A stretch of DNA of 64,000 nt from Callorhinchus milii (GCF_018977255.1 NW_024704743.1:103666001-103730000); one strand, 5' to 3'. Positions 11,491-24,179 are shown, numbered from the stretch's first letter. Notes: a model not told the origin generated them from the letters alone. Numbers and translations are program-made.

Positions 11491-11880
11491 TTAGCCTGGC
11501 TCAGTTCATTGCGCTCTCCTGAGTCAGAAGGTTGTAGGTTTAAGCCCCACATCACATTTGAATGCACAATCCAGGATGACATACCAGTGCAATGGTGGGG
11601 AAGTATTGTATAGTCAGAGGTTTTCTTCAGATGAAATTTTAATTCAAGGTCTCAACTACCTGTTTGAGTGGACGTCAAATAACCTGTGGTACTATTCGAA
11701 AAGGAAAAGAGAGAGTTTCCTGGTGGTTTCCTTTGGATAAAATTAATCGTTCAGTTCATGGCTGTTTGTAGAATATTTCTGTGCACAAACTGGTTGCTAC
11801 ATATGCCTACAAAGTAGTCATTACACCATTCAGTAAATCTTGTGAAGTGCATTGAGGCGTCCTCCAAACAAATTGTTATA
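11491..11880 (+). mobile_element. SINE family A (tRNA head + Deu domain + L2-type tail), near full length
   Basis: A/B boxes, Deu-type body CAGATGA...CCTGTTTGAGTGGACGT...TGGTACTATTCGAAAA...TTCATGGCTGTTTGT, tail GTGAAGTGC. Confidence 0.85.
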
Positions 11881-11959
11881 ATTTGTGCAGACAGAGCTCT
11901 GATCTGAGAAATCTGTGCAACATTCTAGTCATCATAGGGACATCTTGGAATTGAAGTGG

Positions 11960-12652
11960 TACAAGTGAGTGACAAGTAAATTGATATCCTGAATTAGAAA
12001 TATGAATTATGAGGATGATCAGCCTGGAGAAGTGAAAGCCCAGAGAGCTGTTGGGGACAGACAGCTCAGAGTTAATTACCTCATCCTGAGAACAGTGAAT
12101 ACGTGGAATTTACAAACCAGGGTTGAGATGTAGGTAGATTGTATCAGATTTAGCGAGCTAATTGGTAACAGAATCAATTCAGGAATATAAGACTTAGAGT
12201 ATCATAGATTTTGTTCCTTTCTTTGAGCCAGATAAACAACAATGATTCTTTTTATGTTCCTGTACATCTATCATTCTCCCATATCTCTGATTTTAACATT
12301 AATTCGATACGATGATCTTGTTAATAGCCTGTTTCCAATTGTTGGCGAATCCAAAACCAGGGGGCATAAATAAGATGGCCAGTAATGTATCTAAAAACTA
12401 GTTAAGGAGGAATTTATTTACACAGAGGGTGGTGTGAATGTGGAACTGACAGCCAGAAACTGTGGTTCAAGCAAAAACTGTCAACATGTTTAAGAGGAAA
12501 CTTGATACATAAATGAGGGAGAAGGGAATAGAGGAGTACAGGAAAGGACATTTACAAAGGGTGGAGGCTTGTGTGAAGTTTGAATACTGGCACAGCCAAA
12601 TTACTTATTGGGCCAAACGCCTTGTTTCCATGCTGTATTCTGTGTAATTCTA
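11960..12652 (+). mobile_element. Two tandem CR1 3' fragments
   Basis: ATGAATTATGAGGA...GTGAATACGTGGAA; CCAAAACCAGGGGGCATAA (TRGH), TTTACACAGAGGGTGGTGTGAATGTGGAAC (FTQRVV..WN), tail TTGGGCCAAA..CCTTGTTTCCATGCTGTA. Confidence 0.75.
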
Positions 12653-13014
12653 TAAGTAGGGAGGCAAGTGACTGCCCACCCAAGGTAAAGAGCACTATAA
12701 AGTGCAATGAAATACTGGGGAGAGCTCCTGCCAGCTTTTATCCTTCAACAGAGGAGGTAAGAGTAACCATAACACATCATACTTCTATAAGACAGGTTGA
12801 TGTTGAGCTGGAATCTGCATTTGAATGGAGCAAAGGAAAGGCCCTAACATTTTATTGTCAGGCAGCTGTAAGTTAAACAATTTCTTTAAAGACTGGTGAT
12901 TTTAATAGATCCAACGCATGGTTCTGAAATGTCATTGGTATTATCTTAAATTCTACTAGGATTTTCTGAACACTATAATATACCTATTTCTGTGTTTTGA
13001 CAGAACAGCTACCA

Positions 13015-13466
13015 ATAACCAACAAATTACATTTATATAGCGCCTTTTACAACAGAAAGATGTCCCAAGGCACCAAAGAGTTAAGGGTGGCGATTCAGGG
13101 ATGTGGAAAGGGGTGGAGATTAGGGAAGATGGAGGTGAGAAAGTGGCCAATGGTCAAAGAGGAAGATCTTGAGATAGGCCTTGAAGGAAACGAGGGAAGG
13201 TGCGAGATAGAGTTCCAGAGGGTGGGGGCAGAAATGCTGAATGCCCAACCTCTAGTGGTGGGGAGGGCATGTGACATGGAACAGGTCAGTACCTGCTGAA
13301 TGGAGGGAGCGGACAGGTTGTTATGATGTTAAGAGGTCGCAGAGGTAGGGAGGAGCAAGGCGGTGGAGGACTTTAATAGTGAGGACAAGGATTTTAAACT
13401 CGATCTTTTGAGGGATGGAGAGTCAGTGGAGCTGGGCGAGGATGGGAGTGATCGGTCCATGGAGCT
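13015..13466 (-). mobile_element. L2 LINE 3' end
   Basis: Minus strand encodes AFSISAPTLWNSIS; tail TAAAAGGCGCTATATAAATGTAA. Confidence 0.88.
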
Positions 13467-13767
13467 TTCTTAATAAAGTAAGAGAACTAAACTCTGAATG
13501 ATTGTTTTTTCATGAATATAATTGACCAAAGTATGATAATGTTCAACTTTTCATAAAATTGCACAGAATCACTCCGACTATATAGGATGGAAACAGGATA
13601 TTCGGCCCAACTAATCCGAGCCAGTGTTTGTACTCTGTACGAGTCTCCATCCTTCCTAATATCCCATTCTCCTCTATTCCCTTCTCCCTCAGGTCATTTC
13701 AAGTTATGTTTCTGTCATACATATTATACATATTATAATAATAATTCTTACATTTGATATGGCATCT

Positions 13768-14097
13768 GTGGAGTCCTGTAGCTCAGTGATTAGAGCACTT
13801 GCCTCACAAGCGAGAGATCTAGGTTCAATTCCCTGCAGGGCGAAAACTTGGGCAAGTTTCCTTACTCCACACGCCTAATAAGGATCCCTCAATTGGTCAC
13901 TTCAATCCACGACTGTTTGTGGGACACTGCTGTGTGCAATTGACTGCTCATTTTGCCCACAAATATACAGCCAATTCACTTTACATTGTGTATATTTGTA
14001 TACATATATTTGTATATTTTGTGAAGCGCTTTGAGACGTCTAGAAGATGTGAAGAGCACTGTATCAAATGCAAGGACTATTATTATCATTATTATTA
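13768..14097 (+). mobile_element. SINE family B short form, inserted in the tail of an older minus-strand SINE
   Basis: tRNA-like head, Deu 3' part, (TTA)n end; host tail at 13735-13767 resumes at ~14098-14185. Confidence 0.88.
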
Positions 14098-14489
14098 TCA
14101 CATTGTCTGAATATCTCAAAGCATTTCACAAGATTTACCATAGAGGGTCGTGACTATATTTTTGTGAGTGAACGTAGCAGTCAAAAGACCGACAAGAGAA
14201 ATAGAGATGTTTCAAACTTGATCTGGGCAAGTCATAAACAATTTAATTATATTCACAGTGCAGGATGTCTTAAATTGTATTTTAAAAACCTGGGCGATTG
14301 TTTAACTTTGAATCCTGCATTTATCAAATGTATTTGGAGAGTAGTGAGAGAGTGCTGCAAAATTTATTTTACATAGAGAGAAAGTAATAAGAATACATAC
14401 CATTAACATATTAGCAATAAAGATATATTTATCAATATTGTGTGCCTAGATCCATAACTGTATCAAAAGTTGTTTTATTATTAACTGTG

Positions 14490-14730
14490 ATAATAATAAT
14501 GCTTGCATTTGATATGGCATCTTAATATCACAATAATTTATCGTAATGACTGCCTTTTATTGGTGGAATGTGGCAGCTAATATATGTATAGCAATGTCCC
14601 ACAGACAGCCATGAAAGTGAATGGCCAATTTTACCTGGGGGACTGTTGGGCAGGACACTGGGAGACACTCCACTTTTAGTATAGTGCCAAGAGGATCTTT
14701 AATGTGCATTTGAAAAGGCAGACGGGATCT
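14490..14730 (-). mobile_element. SINE family A, 3' half
   Basis: AATAATGCTTGCATTTGATAT...GCAATGTCCCACAGACAGCCATGAA...TAGTGCCAAGAGGATCTTTAA. Confidence 0.8.
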
Positions 14731-14809
14731 TTGCATCCCTTTTACTAATTTGGCCAAATTATTGCAATGTTTAGGGAGTAGCAAAATTCATAGCATTGGA
14801 TTTCCAAAG

Positions 14810-15420
14810 GTCCTATTGCGCTCTTGGCTTTCCCTCAGCCCTGGTTTGGCTACGAGATTTTTTGCCAGGTGATGCGAGATTTTAAGAGGTCCTCATCTGC
14901 AATACTTTGCCAGGTTATTCTTGGTTTTCCATGACCATCTGGCTGCACTTTCAGTGCTTGATGTGATAGTCTGGAATATGTCATCCTGAGCACATGACCT
15001 GGTTAAACTGAACCTTTTTTTGTATGTGAGTTGGATTTCTGGCAGCTGCGTTATTATTTGTCTAACCATTGTACTCATCATTTTATTTCTTCTGCTGATC
15101 TTGAGTATCTGGCAAAGGTGATTGATGTAGAAAATATCAAGTTTCTTCTCTGCAATCTTTGTCCTTAGCTAAGTTTCAGTGACATTTCACCATCTGATAA
15201 AGCAAAGCACCAACTCAACATGATCAGGTGTATATGGCACTGTAAACACTACATCTCATGATATGCATCGGTACCACAATCTCATTCCTAATGGAAAACA
15301 GATGACAGTCAGCAATGTTTTATCATAAGTGTATCACCGTGAAGCTTGAGGCTCTTGCTCTTTCTCGTGAATAAAATACGATAAACCATTTACTCATCTT
15401 TGGAAAAAACTTTCCATTCT
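14810..15420 (-). mobile_element. Ancient RTE-clade LINE, ORF 3' remnant
   Basis: Minus strand reads GHVLRMTYSRLSHQALKVQPDGHGKPRITWQSIADEDL, matching the RTE C-terminal GHVLRM..RLPKQAL..P.G.GRP..TW motif. Confidence 0.7.
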
Positions 15421-16059
15421 TATAAAACTGCTGTCTTTGAACCACATTTTCATTTTTTGGGCTCAATCATAGGAAACAGTGGAGCAGAATGATCTCAATC
15501 AGGGCTGTAAAATTGAACCCTTGCAGAAAATGTAAAACTGAGTTATCATGAGCCTAATCTTATTAGTGTGTGGCAAGAGAACAGATACTGACCTATCTCA
15601 AATTATTACTGTTTACAGTGTAATGGTTGTTGCCAAAGAGCATTGCAGGAGTGAACAGTTCAGGCCTGTAACACTTTGTGTGGCCTCTGCTTCTTTCACG
15701 GTGCTGCAGGGAACATATGTTAAGCTTGTAAATCTGTATAAAAAGCGCCCAGGGTTTAAGTTATTTACTTCAGCATGTCACTGCTTTACATCAGTTTGGA
15801 AGGGATTACTTCATTGAATCTATAGAGAATTTTACTGCATCCTACATGCCTTATAACTCAAACTGTTTATTTTACCTCCATTGATCATGCACCATTGATA
15901 AAATTATCATGAAGTTATATCAATAAGTGATTAAAGAGTGGAATTTTGCATGGCATTTGGCTAAACAGTGGACTGTGGGCAGATTCATTCTTCTTCTTTT
16001 AAAATAAACCATCTCAACTTCAAAAGCAGGCCAGATCTCCAAACTGAAAGATCTAATCT

Positions 16060-16260
16060 CAGTTTAGCCATTAAAACAAATGCCATATTCAGTCATCCAC
16101 AATTGGAATATTGTTTCAGGATTGGACATCAATCCTTCAAGAGGACATTGAAGCATTGGAGAAGATTCAGAGAAGAGCAACGAACAGGACTCCAGGAACA
16201 GATAATGTAGATTTAAGCCTATTTAACTTAAAGCAAGAGAGAATCAAAAATGTTATATTT
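16060..16260 (+). mobile_element. CR1 ORF2 fragment
   Basis: HPQLEYCFRIG then (frameshift) KRTLKHW/DIEALEKIQRRAT. Confidence 0.7.
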
Positions 16261-16959
16261 TGATATTGTTTCAAAATATTTTAGTGTCAAATGCAGTGAC
16301 TGTTTTTTTTATAAGCAAACAAGACGATCATTTGCTGCAGCCTTATCTGTCTCTTGATCACCTCCACACTGAGTCATGGGAGACACCTCTGACTTTCTGA
16401 TCCACAAAACCTTAATCAAGCAAACAAACTTGAAAATATTCTTGCATTTCTATCATTTCAACAGCATTGTCAAGCATTTTGAGACATTGTCCCAATTATA
16501 TTATATTATTATTTATTATATTATTATTATATATTATTATATTATAATTTGAAAGGTGCTATATAAATGCAAATTCTATTGTATATTCACCAACCAAATC
16601 TGACCTCCTTCTCTGCATTACCTCTAATAACCTCTCCAGCAGCACAGAAATTATGATATCCCATTGAGTTTCTCGGTCTGAATCTTCCTTTATATCATCT
16701 GTTGCTATTCTGAGACAGAATCCCATCCAGCTACTTTTGAAGAGATTACTCAACACAACATCAACTGATTGTTTGGGAATATAGCATATCCATCGACCCA
16801 AGGCAAAAGGAATCTTGAGGCTTTTCCATTTGAAATGCATGGCCTGTAGTTTTGCTCTTACAGTCCATGTCCTCAAATGTAAGAATGGAGTCAAATAACC
16901 CCTCAAATCTCCCTTTCTATACCCCCTTCCCCCACCATGTTAAGGACCTGAATCATGCA

Positions 16960-17255
16960 CCCTCTAATATTATTGTTTCTAATGAAGACATGCTCAGACC
17001 TTTCATAACTTATACATCATTGACTGGGCCAGACACAGATATTTTTTTCCATTCATCATCACCCAATGCTTCCTATTGCTCAGCTAGGAATTTGCATTCT
17101 GCAATTTATCACCCAATTATTGAGCAATAGACATTGTGGAAATAATTATTTATCGACAGCAGAGACATCTACGTGTTCTTTTCCATATCCAAAACCATAT
17201 TTTCTGGCAGTCTACCAGTGCGTGTATCATGAAGAAAACCAATCTCACTTTTAGT
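16960..17255 (+). mobile_element. Very old CR1-clade ORF2 remnant (pre-RT region)
   Basis: VSNEDML...TGPD...CSARNL...RKPISL resembles the K.L..GPDGI..CA..LA...YRPISL pattern. Confidence 0.35.
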
Positions 17256-17269
17256 TTATCATTTCCATA

Positions 17270-17540
17270 ATGTCTACCTATTCAGATGGATGTTAAAGAT
17301 CCCATGGCACTTTTCTAAATGGGAAGGGAATTTCGCCTGGTGTCTTGGCCAACAATCTCCCAAAATAAAATTGCTTGTTCACTGCATGGCTGTTTGTTGG
17401 ACATTGCTGTGTGCAAGTTGCCTGATGCATTCTCCCACAGTACACACAGTCACTACATTTACAGTAAATCCTGTGATGCACCGTGAGACATCCTCCTGAC
17501 GTAAAGTGCACTGTATTAAATGCAAGTTTTATTATTTATT
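17270..17540 (+). mobile_element. SINE family A, 3' half
   Basis: TTCAGATGGATGTTAAAGATCCCATGGCAC Deu core through tail AAATGCAAG. Confidence 0.85.
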
Positions 17541-17899
17541 TCACGTAGTGTAGAGCAAGATTTACATCTTAAAACGATTTTCTTTGTGATTAACCAAATC
17601 ATTATTTTATGAAACAGTAGAAAGGATAAATCAGCTAGAAATGCAGAGTGTACCTTGTAAGAAATATTTGGCAAACAGCCAACTTCCAGAAACCCCTAAA
17701 TCCTACAACAAGATGTATTTTAACGCTATTGTGCTTCTCACATGTTCAGCAGAGATCAGTTGAAAATATTTCCATGACAGCTTCTTTAATTATGAGCTGC
17801 ATGGCAAATTCTGTTTACAATTATTAGACTGTACAGAATTGTAATATGAGGGTGTAAACTGGGGGCTTTCATAAAGGGTCAGTTGATAAAGAATTTAAA

Positions 17900-18273
17900 G
17901 AAGTAAAAGTGTGTCATGCGGGTATGAAATAAACATCCTTGCACTTGGTATATATAAGAGCCGTATCACATCATCAAAATGTCTGAAAGAGCATCACAGG
18001 ATTTACTATAAATGGTTGTGGCTGTATTTGTAGGCAAACCCAGCAGCCAATTTGCAGCAGTGTCCAACAAATGGCCATGATATCAATGATCAATGTTATC
18101 TGGGGGATTGTTGGCCAGTATACCGGCTGCTGGGTTTGCCTACAAATACAGCCACAACCATTTATAGTAAATCCTGTGATGCTCTTTCAGACATTTTGAT
18201 GATGTGATAAGGCACTTATATATACCAAGTGCAAGGATGTTTATTTCATACCCGCATGACACACTTTTACTTC
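17900..18273. repeat. Near-perfect inverted repeat: 149 bp arms (17900-18048, 18125-18273), 76 bp spacer
   Basis: Arms compared by eye: 2 mismatches in 149 bp (17959, 17963). Confidence 0.97.
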
Positions 18274-18490
18274 ATTCTCTTTTCAAATAATGCCTCGGGA
18301 TATTTAATGTCCATTTCAGTTTAATGACTCATCTGAAGGATGACACCTCTGATGACGCAGTGCTTCCCCTTCACTGTATGAAACTGTGTGTCAGCCAACA
18401 GTGTAAGTGCAAAGTTGTGTTGTGACATAGGACTTGAACCCACAACCTTCTGATTCAGATGTATGAGCATTAACAACTAAGCCAGGTCGA
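17930..18490 (-). mobile_element. SINE family A, full length, interrupted by the inverted duplication
   Basis: Tail at 17930, Deu body to 18124, resumes 18274 (TTCTCTTTTCAAATAATGCC), head ends CTAAGCCAGG ~18487. Confidence 0.85.
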
Positions 18491-18704
18491 TGCATAAATC
18501 TATACAGATATGACTTTCTTCCAGAGCAGAGTTCCCTCACATTGACAACGTTTCAAATGAGAAATTCCATTAAAATGTCACATTTTATGCCTTTTATACA
18601 GTGTGGCTTAATAAATACCTGCCTGTATTCTCTCCTGAATTCTCTCTTTTAGTCTGAGGTTGCTGCATCCTTGGGCTCAGATGTTTTTTCTACACTGAAA
18701 AACT

Positions 18705-19312
18705 CCACTGAAACTCTTGTTCATGCCTTCATCACATCCAGGCTCGACTATGCAAATGCCCTGCTTGTCGGCCTTCCCAACTCCTCCCTCCACAGGCTGC
18801 AGATAATCCAGAACTCTGCAGCCTGTGTCCCCTCCTGCACCAAACCCCGTGACCCCATCTCCCCCATTCTCACCTGACTCCATTGGCTCCCTATCCTTCA
18901 AAGGATCCAGTTCAAGATCCTGGTCCTCACGTACAAAGCCCTCCATGGCCTCGTCCCACCCTACCTCTGCAACCTCCTAACCCCCTACCAACCCGCCCAC
19001 TCCCTCCGCTCAGCCGGCTCCGGCCTGCTCCATGTCCCCTGACCCACCGACCCCACCATCGGCGGGAGAGCCTTCAGCCACTCTGCCCCCAACCTCTGGA
19101 ATTCCATCCCCCAATCATTCTGCCTCACCCCCTCCTTAACCTCCTTCAAGTCCTGCCTCAAGACCCTCCTCTTCGACCATGCCATTGGCCACCCCCCTTC
19201 CCTTCCCCTCCCTGACCCCAGCTCGGGTCTGAAATGCTGTACTCTGTCCAGCACCTTGGGATGTCCTCCCGACATGAAAGGCGCTATACAAATGTAATCT
19301 TGTTGTTGTTGT
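18705..19312 (+). mobile_element. L2 LINE ORF2 3' end and tail
   Basis: [23 protein letters not shown]...LQIIQNSAA...LHWLP..QRIQFKIL...GGRAFSHSAPNLWNSIP...FKSCLKTLLF with in-frame stops; (TTG)n end. Confidence 0.95.
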
Positions 19313-19529
19313 CTCAGACAAAAATCTAACAAAAGTTAAGCATCGCCTTTTAAAAAATAGTCTACAACAAATCTTTTCAGTTAAAATGGATATAAGATCA
19401 ACTGTAATATACTATTATTTGCTTTTTATTTATTAGGGTTCTTTACCAGCAAAGAAATGTGATATTTTGCTCATGGGTTAATGGACAGTACTCTGCTATA
19501 TTTTCCTACAGGAATAATAATAATAATAT

Positions 19530-19810
19530 TCATAATAATAATCCTTGCATTTGATATAGTGCTTTTCACGTCTTCTAGACATCTCAAAGCGCTTCAAAGA
19601 ATATAGTGTAAAGTGAATTGACTGTATATCTTGTGGACGAAATGCGGCAGCCAGTTACACACAGCAGTGTCCCACAAACAGTCGTGGATTGAGTGACCAA
19701 ATTATTATTGCTTTTCTTCCTTGAGGGATTATTATCAGGTGTGTGGAATAAGGAATCTTGCCCAAGGTTTTGCCCTGATGGGAATCGAACCCAGGTGTTT
19801 CGCTTGCGGG
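19530..19810 (-). mobile_element. SINE family B short form, 5' truncated
   Basis: Matches 44994-45316. Confidence 0.88.
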
Positions 19811-19925
19811 TACTTTATACATGCAAGTATTTCTTATTGTTGTCCCTCCACGGTCTCGCCCCACCCTATGTTCAGGAGCACTAACTTGTTTCCCAGAGAA
19901 TAAATTTTGACAATCTTACCATCAA

Positions 19926-20230
19926 GATAATAATAATCCTTGCATTTGATGTCTCAAAGTACATCACAGCTAATTATTGTCAAGTGTAGTGACTCTTTGT
20001 AAGCACAGTCATTTGTGCCATCAAAATCCCACACACAGCCATAAAGTGAATCAACAATTAATCTGAAGGATTGTTATCCAGGACACAAGGAGAAAATCTT
20101 CTCTTTTCTAATTGTGGCTGAGGATCTTTAACATCCATCTTTAACATCCACAATTAGAAAGGACCTTCATTAATCTCTCACCCGAAAGCCAGCACATCTA
20201 ACAATGCAACACAACCCCAGTAATGCACCT
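19926..20230 (-). mobile_element. SINE family A, degraded
   Basis: AATAATAATCCTTGCATTTGAT...CCCACACACAGCCAT...GATCTTTAACATCCA. Confidence 0.75.
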
Positions 20231-21479
20231 AAAATTTATAACTCTGATGATTGATACACAAATAGTATAATGTAGAATTAGACAAATGCGCTGAATTTTT
20301 GTTTTCATTCTGTAAAACTGGAAGCAGTATTAAAATGTGAACTATTTGCTCTTGTCTACCATTGAAGAAATGCTGAGTTCAGTATTTAGAGTTATGTTCC
20401 ACATCTAAGCGATCTCTCTGTCATTAAGCTTTTAAAATAAAGCCTAATTAGGCCTTTGTAACCAAAATCACAGGTTAGAATATCTTAATACTCAAAAGGG
20501 CAGATTGTTAACATTTTTGTGGGACACAAATATTGTTTTTCTGCTACTTTCCTCACTCCAATTACGAAAACTAGCTTTTAATTAAGAGATCTTTGCATCC
20601 AACGTATGTTTGCTTTGGTTCTGTAAGGTACTTCCATTGGTTAATAGCCAAGGTGAGTGAAGAGACCAATAAAATAAACAGTCAATTTACTTTACAATAT
20701 ATTCTTTAAGACATCTGAACAACGTGATAAGAAGCTGCATCAAATGCAAGCATTATTATTAAGGACGTTTTTAACTAGTGTTCAAATAAAATGGAAGGAT
20801 TATTATTATCATTATTATTATTATTCAGTGTCAAAGCTCAAATGAAAATATCATATCAGTCCCAGCACAGTTAAGCATTTAGCTTTTTCCATCTGCCTAA
20901 AGTATATTGATATTCCAGTTTTCAGGACTCCTGAATGGTAAATAAGGTTCAGTTATCTCCAGGATTATTGGTCTACATGAAGGAAAACTCATACTATGGC
21001 TATTTGCTGGTAACTTCCCCTTCAGATTTGACCTGCTACTCCATGGTCTCTGGCCCTTCATTCATGGCCAGCCTGACCTTCGTATGTTACCAGAACTAGG
21101 ATTTATGTCCAGCAAGGAAAAGGAAAGAATGCTATTAATAGACAGGTTTATTCTATCATCAATGCTGTAGGTTCTCCCTACTGACTACTATTTGGCAACA
21201 GCCCATGGTGAAATAATAGAAATCAGAAGCTCTGCCATGTAGGAATTCACAGACACATGTCCCTTCACTCCACAGATAATTATCGCTTTCGACTGGTTTG
21301 ACTGGAACTTTCAGCAATATGAAAATTATCACATCAAATATCAAATTTTTCATCACCCTTGCATGTTAAGACAAAATCTGACATTATTTTAGCAAACGTT
21401 TCGTTAGTAAATCTGGCTCAAGATTTACTCTATTTATGCAACATTTCACAGTGTCCAAAATTTGGCAAATCATTGAATA

Positions 21480-21648
21480 AACCCCTAACTTTGCAAGTTG
21501 TTTTTTTTGCAGTTCTTACAATAACTTATAGACAAAAACGGCTTAAAAATGAAAGCTGTATTTGAAAATTTGCCCAAATCTGCACACTCTGATACTCTAC
21601 TGTTACATACATTGAGTAAATCTAGACCCAGTTGGAAATTTTCTCCCC
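21480..21648 (-). mobile_element. MITE-like element terminus (GGGGAGAAATTCCACCTGGGTCTAG family)
   Basis: CTAGACCCAGTTGGAAATTTTCTCCCC matches termini at 25326-25351, 28665-28685, 44440-44465, 50530-50560. Confidence 0.5.
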
Positions 21649-21739
21649 AGTTTTGTCTCCTTCCCCTCTTGACTTCCTCAGACATTCAGAAATAAAATTG
21701 AAGACTAGATCTGTTAAGTAGCTACCTATCTATGGGTAA

Positions 21740-22260
21740 TTACTTGCACTGCCTGATGTTGCTGAGCCTGTTTAAAAATATATTAAGAGAGAGTTGGCCT
21801 TTAAAGCAGACCCTCGGGCACCTCTCTGTATGCCCTTGCTTGTTAAATAAAAAGGATTATATTTTGTCTCTGCACTTTGGATGACAGGTATGCCTCCTTT
21901 ATCCATCTCTTCCCCTCTGCTCACTCTTCCCTGACAGCACATTAGATTTTGTGGTTAGTTAAAATTGACTGGAGCTTAATTGCTTCATTGTTGGCAGTGA
22001 ATAAATTCACTGAGTCCATAAGACATGGAAAATAAGAGATGCCTTGGCTGTCTTTCACCCACTGATGTTCCAGTTGATTGATTGTCTGTGGTTTTCATCC
22101 AAATACTGGGACACGGGCTTGTAATCTCTGTAAAGGCCAAAACTCTGTACTTGTTCAGCATTGGTTGGTTAAATCGTGCTGTGAGCGTAATGTCTGTAGA
22201 AGTAAAAATGCCTTCTAAAGACTTGTCTCAAGCCAGATTCCCAGATAGTAAACCATCACT
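21740..22260 (-). mobile_element. Ancient CR1/L2-clade RT remnant
   Basis: Minus strand: NQLEHQWVKD...MDSVNLF...RWIKEAYLSSKVQR...EVPEGLL*RPTLS*YIF, resembling D..KAF / WI.SYLS.R.QRV / GVPQGSVLGPTLF.IY. Confidence 0.55.
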
Positions 22261-22439
22261 TGGGTGAGAACGAATCTTCGAACTTCAAGTTAAAAGCTCA
22301 TTCAGATTTTGTAACTTATTCTATTGCTGAGCTTTCTACTTCCATGAAATTTAGGGTAGATATTCAAATTTCCAGTAATTATATCATCCAGTTATCTCAT
22401 ATTTGAGTAGCTTTATTGTTGTAATATTATGATTATTTT

Positions 22440-23013
22440 CAGCATCAGGGATGGCGTAATGAAAAATAATTAGCGAAAAAAAGAGGTCAACGCAAGGAGG
22501 CTGGAAATTCCCTGGACCCACAAGCATATAAGGGTTAAACACCTTTTTCCCACACTAATACAAATTGCATTTGAAATGGCTTTATGACCATCTACAGACT
22601 AAGCATTACTTATTTTTAAGTTTTAAAATGTCTGATATAAAATGAGCGGTTAAAGCAATTTGCTGGGTCTTGAAGTTTTATTAATGTTTTTTTTCCAACA
22701 TTGCAACCTGAAACAACATTTGCAACCAACCTATTTGCATTACATTACATTACTGGAATGTTCTGACTGGACACTTAGGAAAAGATTGGAATTGTAGCAT
22801 TCCTGCGGAGCAAATAAATTCTGCGTTTCAACTGACATGAGCCAAGTCAGTTTCTGCATGAATATATATTGATGAAAGCAGGACCCGGAGGACAAAAGAG
22901 CACCACATGATGAAATGATTCCTAAGACTGTCATAACTGCACAGGGGAGAGTGAAGGGATGTGTCAATACAATGAAATCGGAAGAAAATGTCGGCTTGGA
23001 GCAAGAGTTAAAG
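22440..23013 (+). promoter_or_regulatory. Candidate promoter plus first exon (unconfirmed)
   Basis: NF-kB site GGAAATTCCC 22503-22512, TATAAG 22527, octamer ATTTGCAT 22733-22740, CpG retention, ORF 22915-23013 ending at AAG|GTAATG. Confidence 0.25.
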
Positions 23014-23539
23014 GTAATGGACGCAAGCAATGCTAAAACAAAATTATTTTGTCAAATATACATACTCGCATTTCAAATTATAATAGTAATATTTCACACA
23101 CACAAAGTCTACTGAATTTCTCTGGGGTGGGCTGGAACAGCTCTGCTGATGAAAGCAGTAATGTTATTGGCACCTCCAGATATAAAAAGTGCCTCCCGAT
23201 TTAAGCTCGGTTTTCAACAGAGAATTTCCGCCATGCATCACTTCAAGTCATGAGACATCAGCTCCAATGAGATCTTGAACCAAAGGCAAAGATTCACATA
23301 TTGAAGAGAGGACATTTTCAGATTTCTGATCAATCTGGTGAGATAAACTGCAGATCGAACCTGCTTCATCAACTGTAAGGGTTAATTAAATTTGTGACCC
23401 TGCGGTGAAGTAAGGACTGGCACAAATGTTGTACAGTTAATCAAGGTGGAAGAGATAGAGGAGCAATGTCCAATTTACTTTCCATTTTAATGTGTCCTTT
23501 TTCATGTTCATCAAAAGATATCCAAGTATTGTTGTATGG

Positions 23540-23900
23540 TTCCCAGTTCGATCACCCAAAAGTATCTAGGTATTATTGCACTTTTCCCAGTTCGATCACC
23601 CAAAGGTATCCAATTATTAATTTGATGTTGGCTGTTTAAATCATAGTCTTGATCTTCCTTCTTTAGAAGCTGGAATATGGTTCGGGAATTCAAGTTCCAA
23701 TTTCTTTATTTCTTCTTCACAATTTTTCCTTTGGAGTCTCTTTTTGAATCAATTTCTGTTTATACAGTTGGGCAGGTAGCCTTTCATCTATTGTCTTTTG
23801 CAAGATGGTTCCTTTGTGAAAAAAAATACAACATAGCTCTCTCCCGTGTTAAAACAGCTGCAGAGCATTTTTCCATGAGAAAATGACTGATAAGGAATGA
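23540..23900 (-). mobile_element. Ancient RTE-like LINE 3' remnant with local 21 bp duplication
   Basis: Minus strand TIDERLPAQLY...; TTCCCAGTTCGATCACCCAAA repeated at ~23540 and ~23584. Confidence 0.4.
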
Positions 23901-24179
23901 AAATAGTTTGTTGCTTATAAACAGTCTTTTGTTGATCTCCATTGAGAAAGGATCTTCTGCGAAGCTAGTCACAACCAGCTCCCACCATATCTTATGAGAT
24001 TAATTATAAGTCTCAAAAATATAAACATCACAAATTTAATTTGAGAAATTATTTAACAAATTAATTACAGAATCCTACACAACTTTGCCTCTCCAGACTG
24101 ATGGTTGTCAAAGATATGTGTGATTTATGCAAACATCACACAAGAAAGTTTTGGATGACAAAGGCACTTCAACCCATTT

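Noticed and set aside
18671..19332. Overlapping ORFs of 60-150 aa here and at 33521-34169, 50585-51140, 57069-57902, 60561-61128 as host genes
   Set aside because: They are frames through decayed L2 ORF2 3' ends with stops and frameshifts
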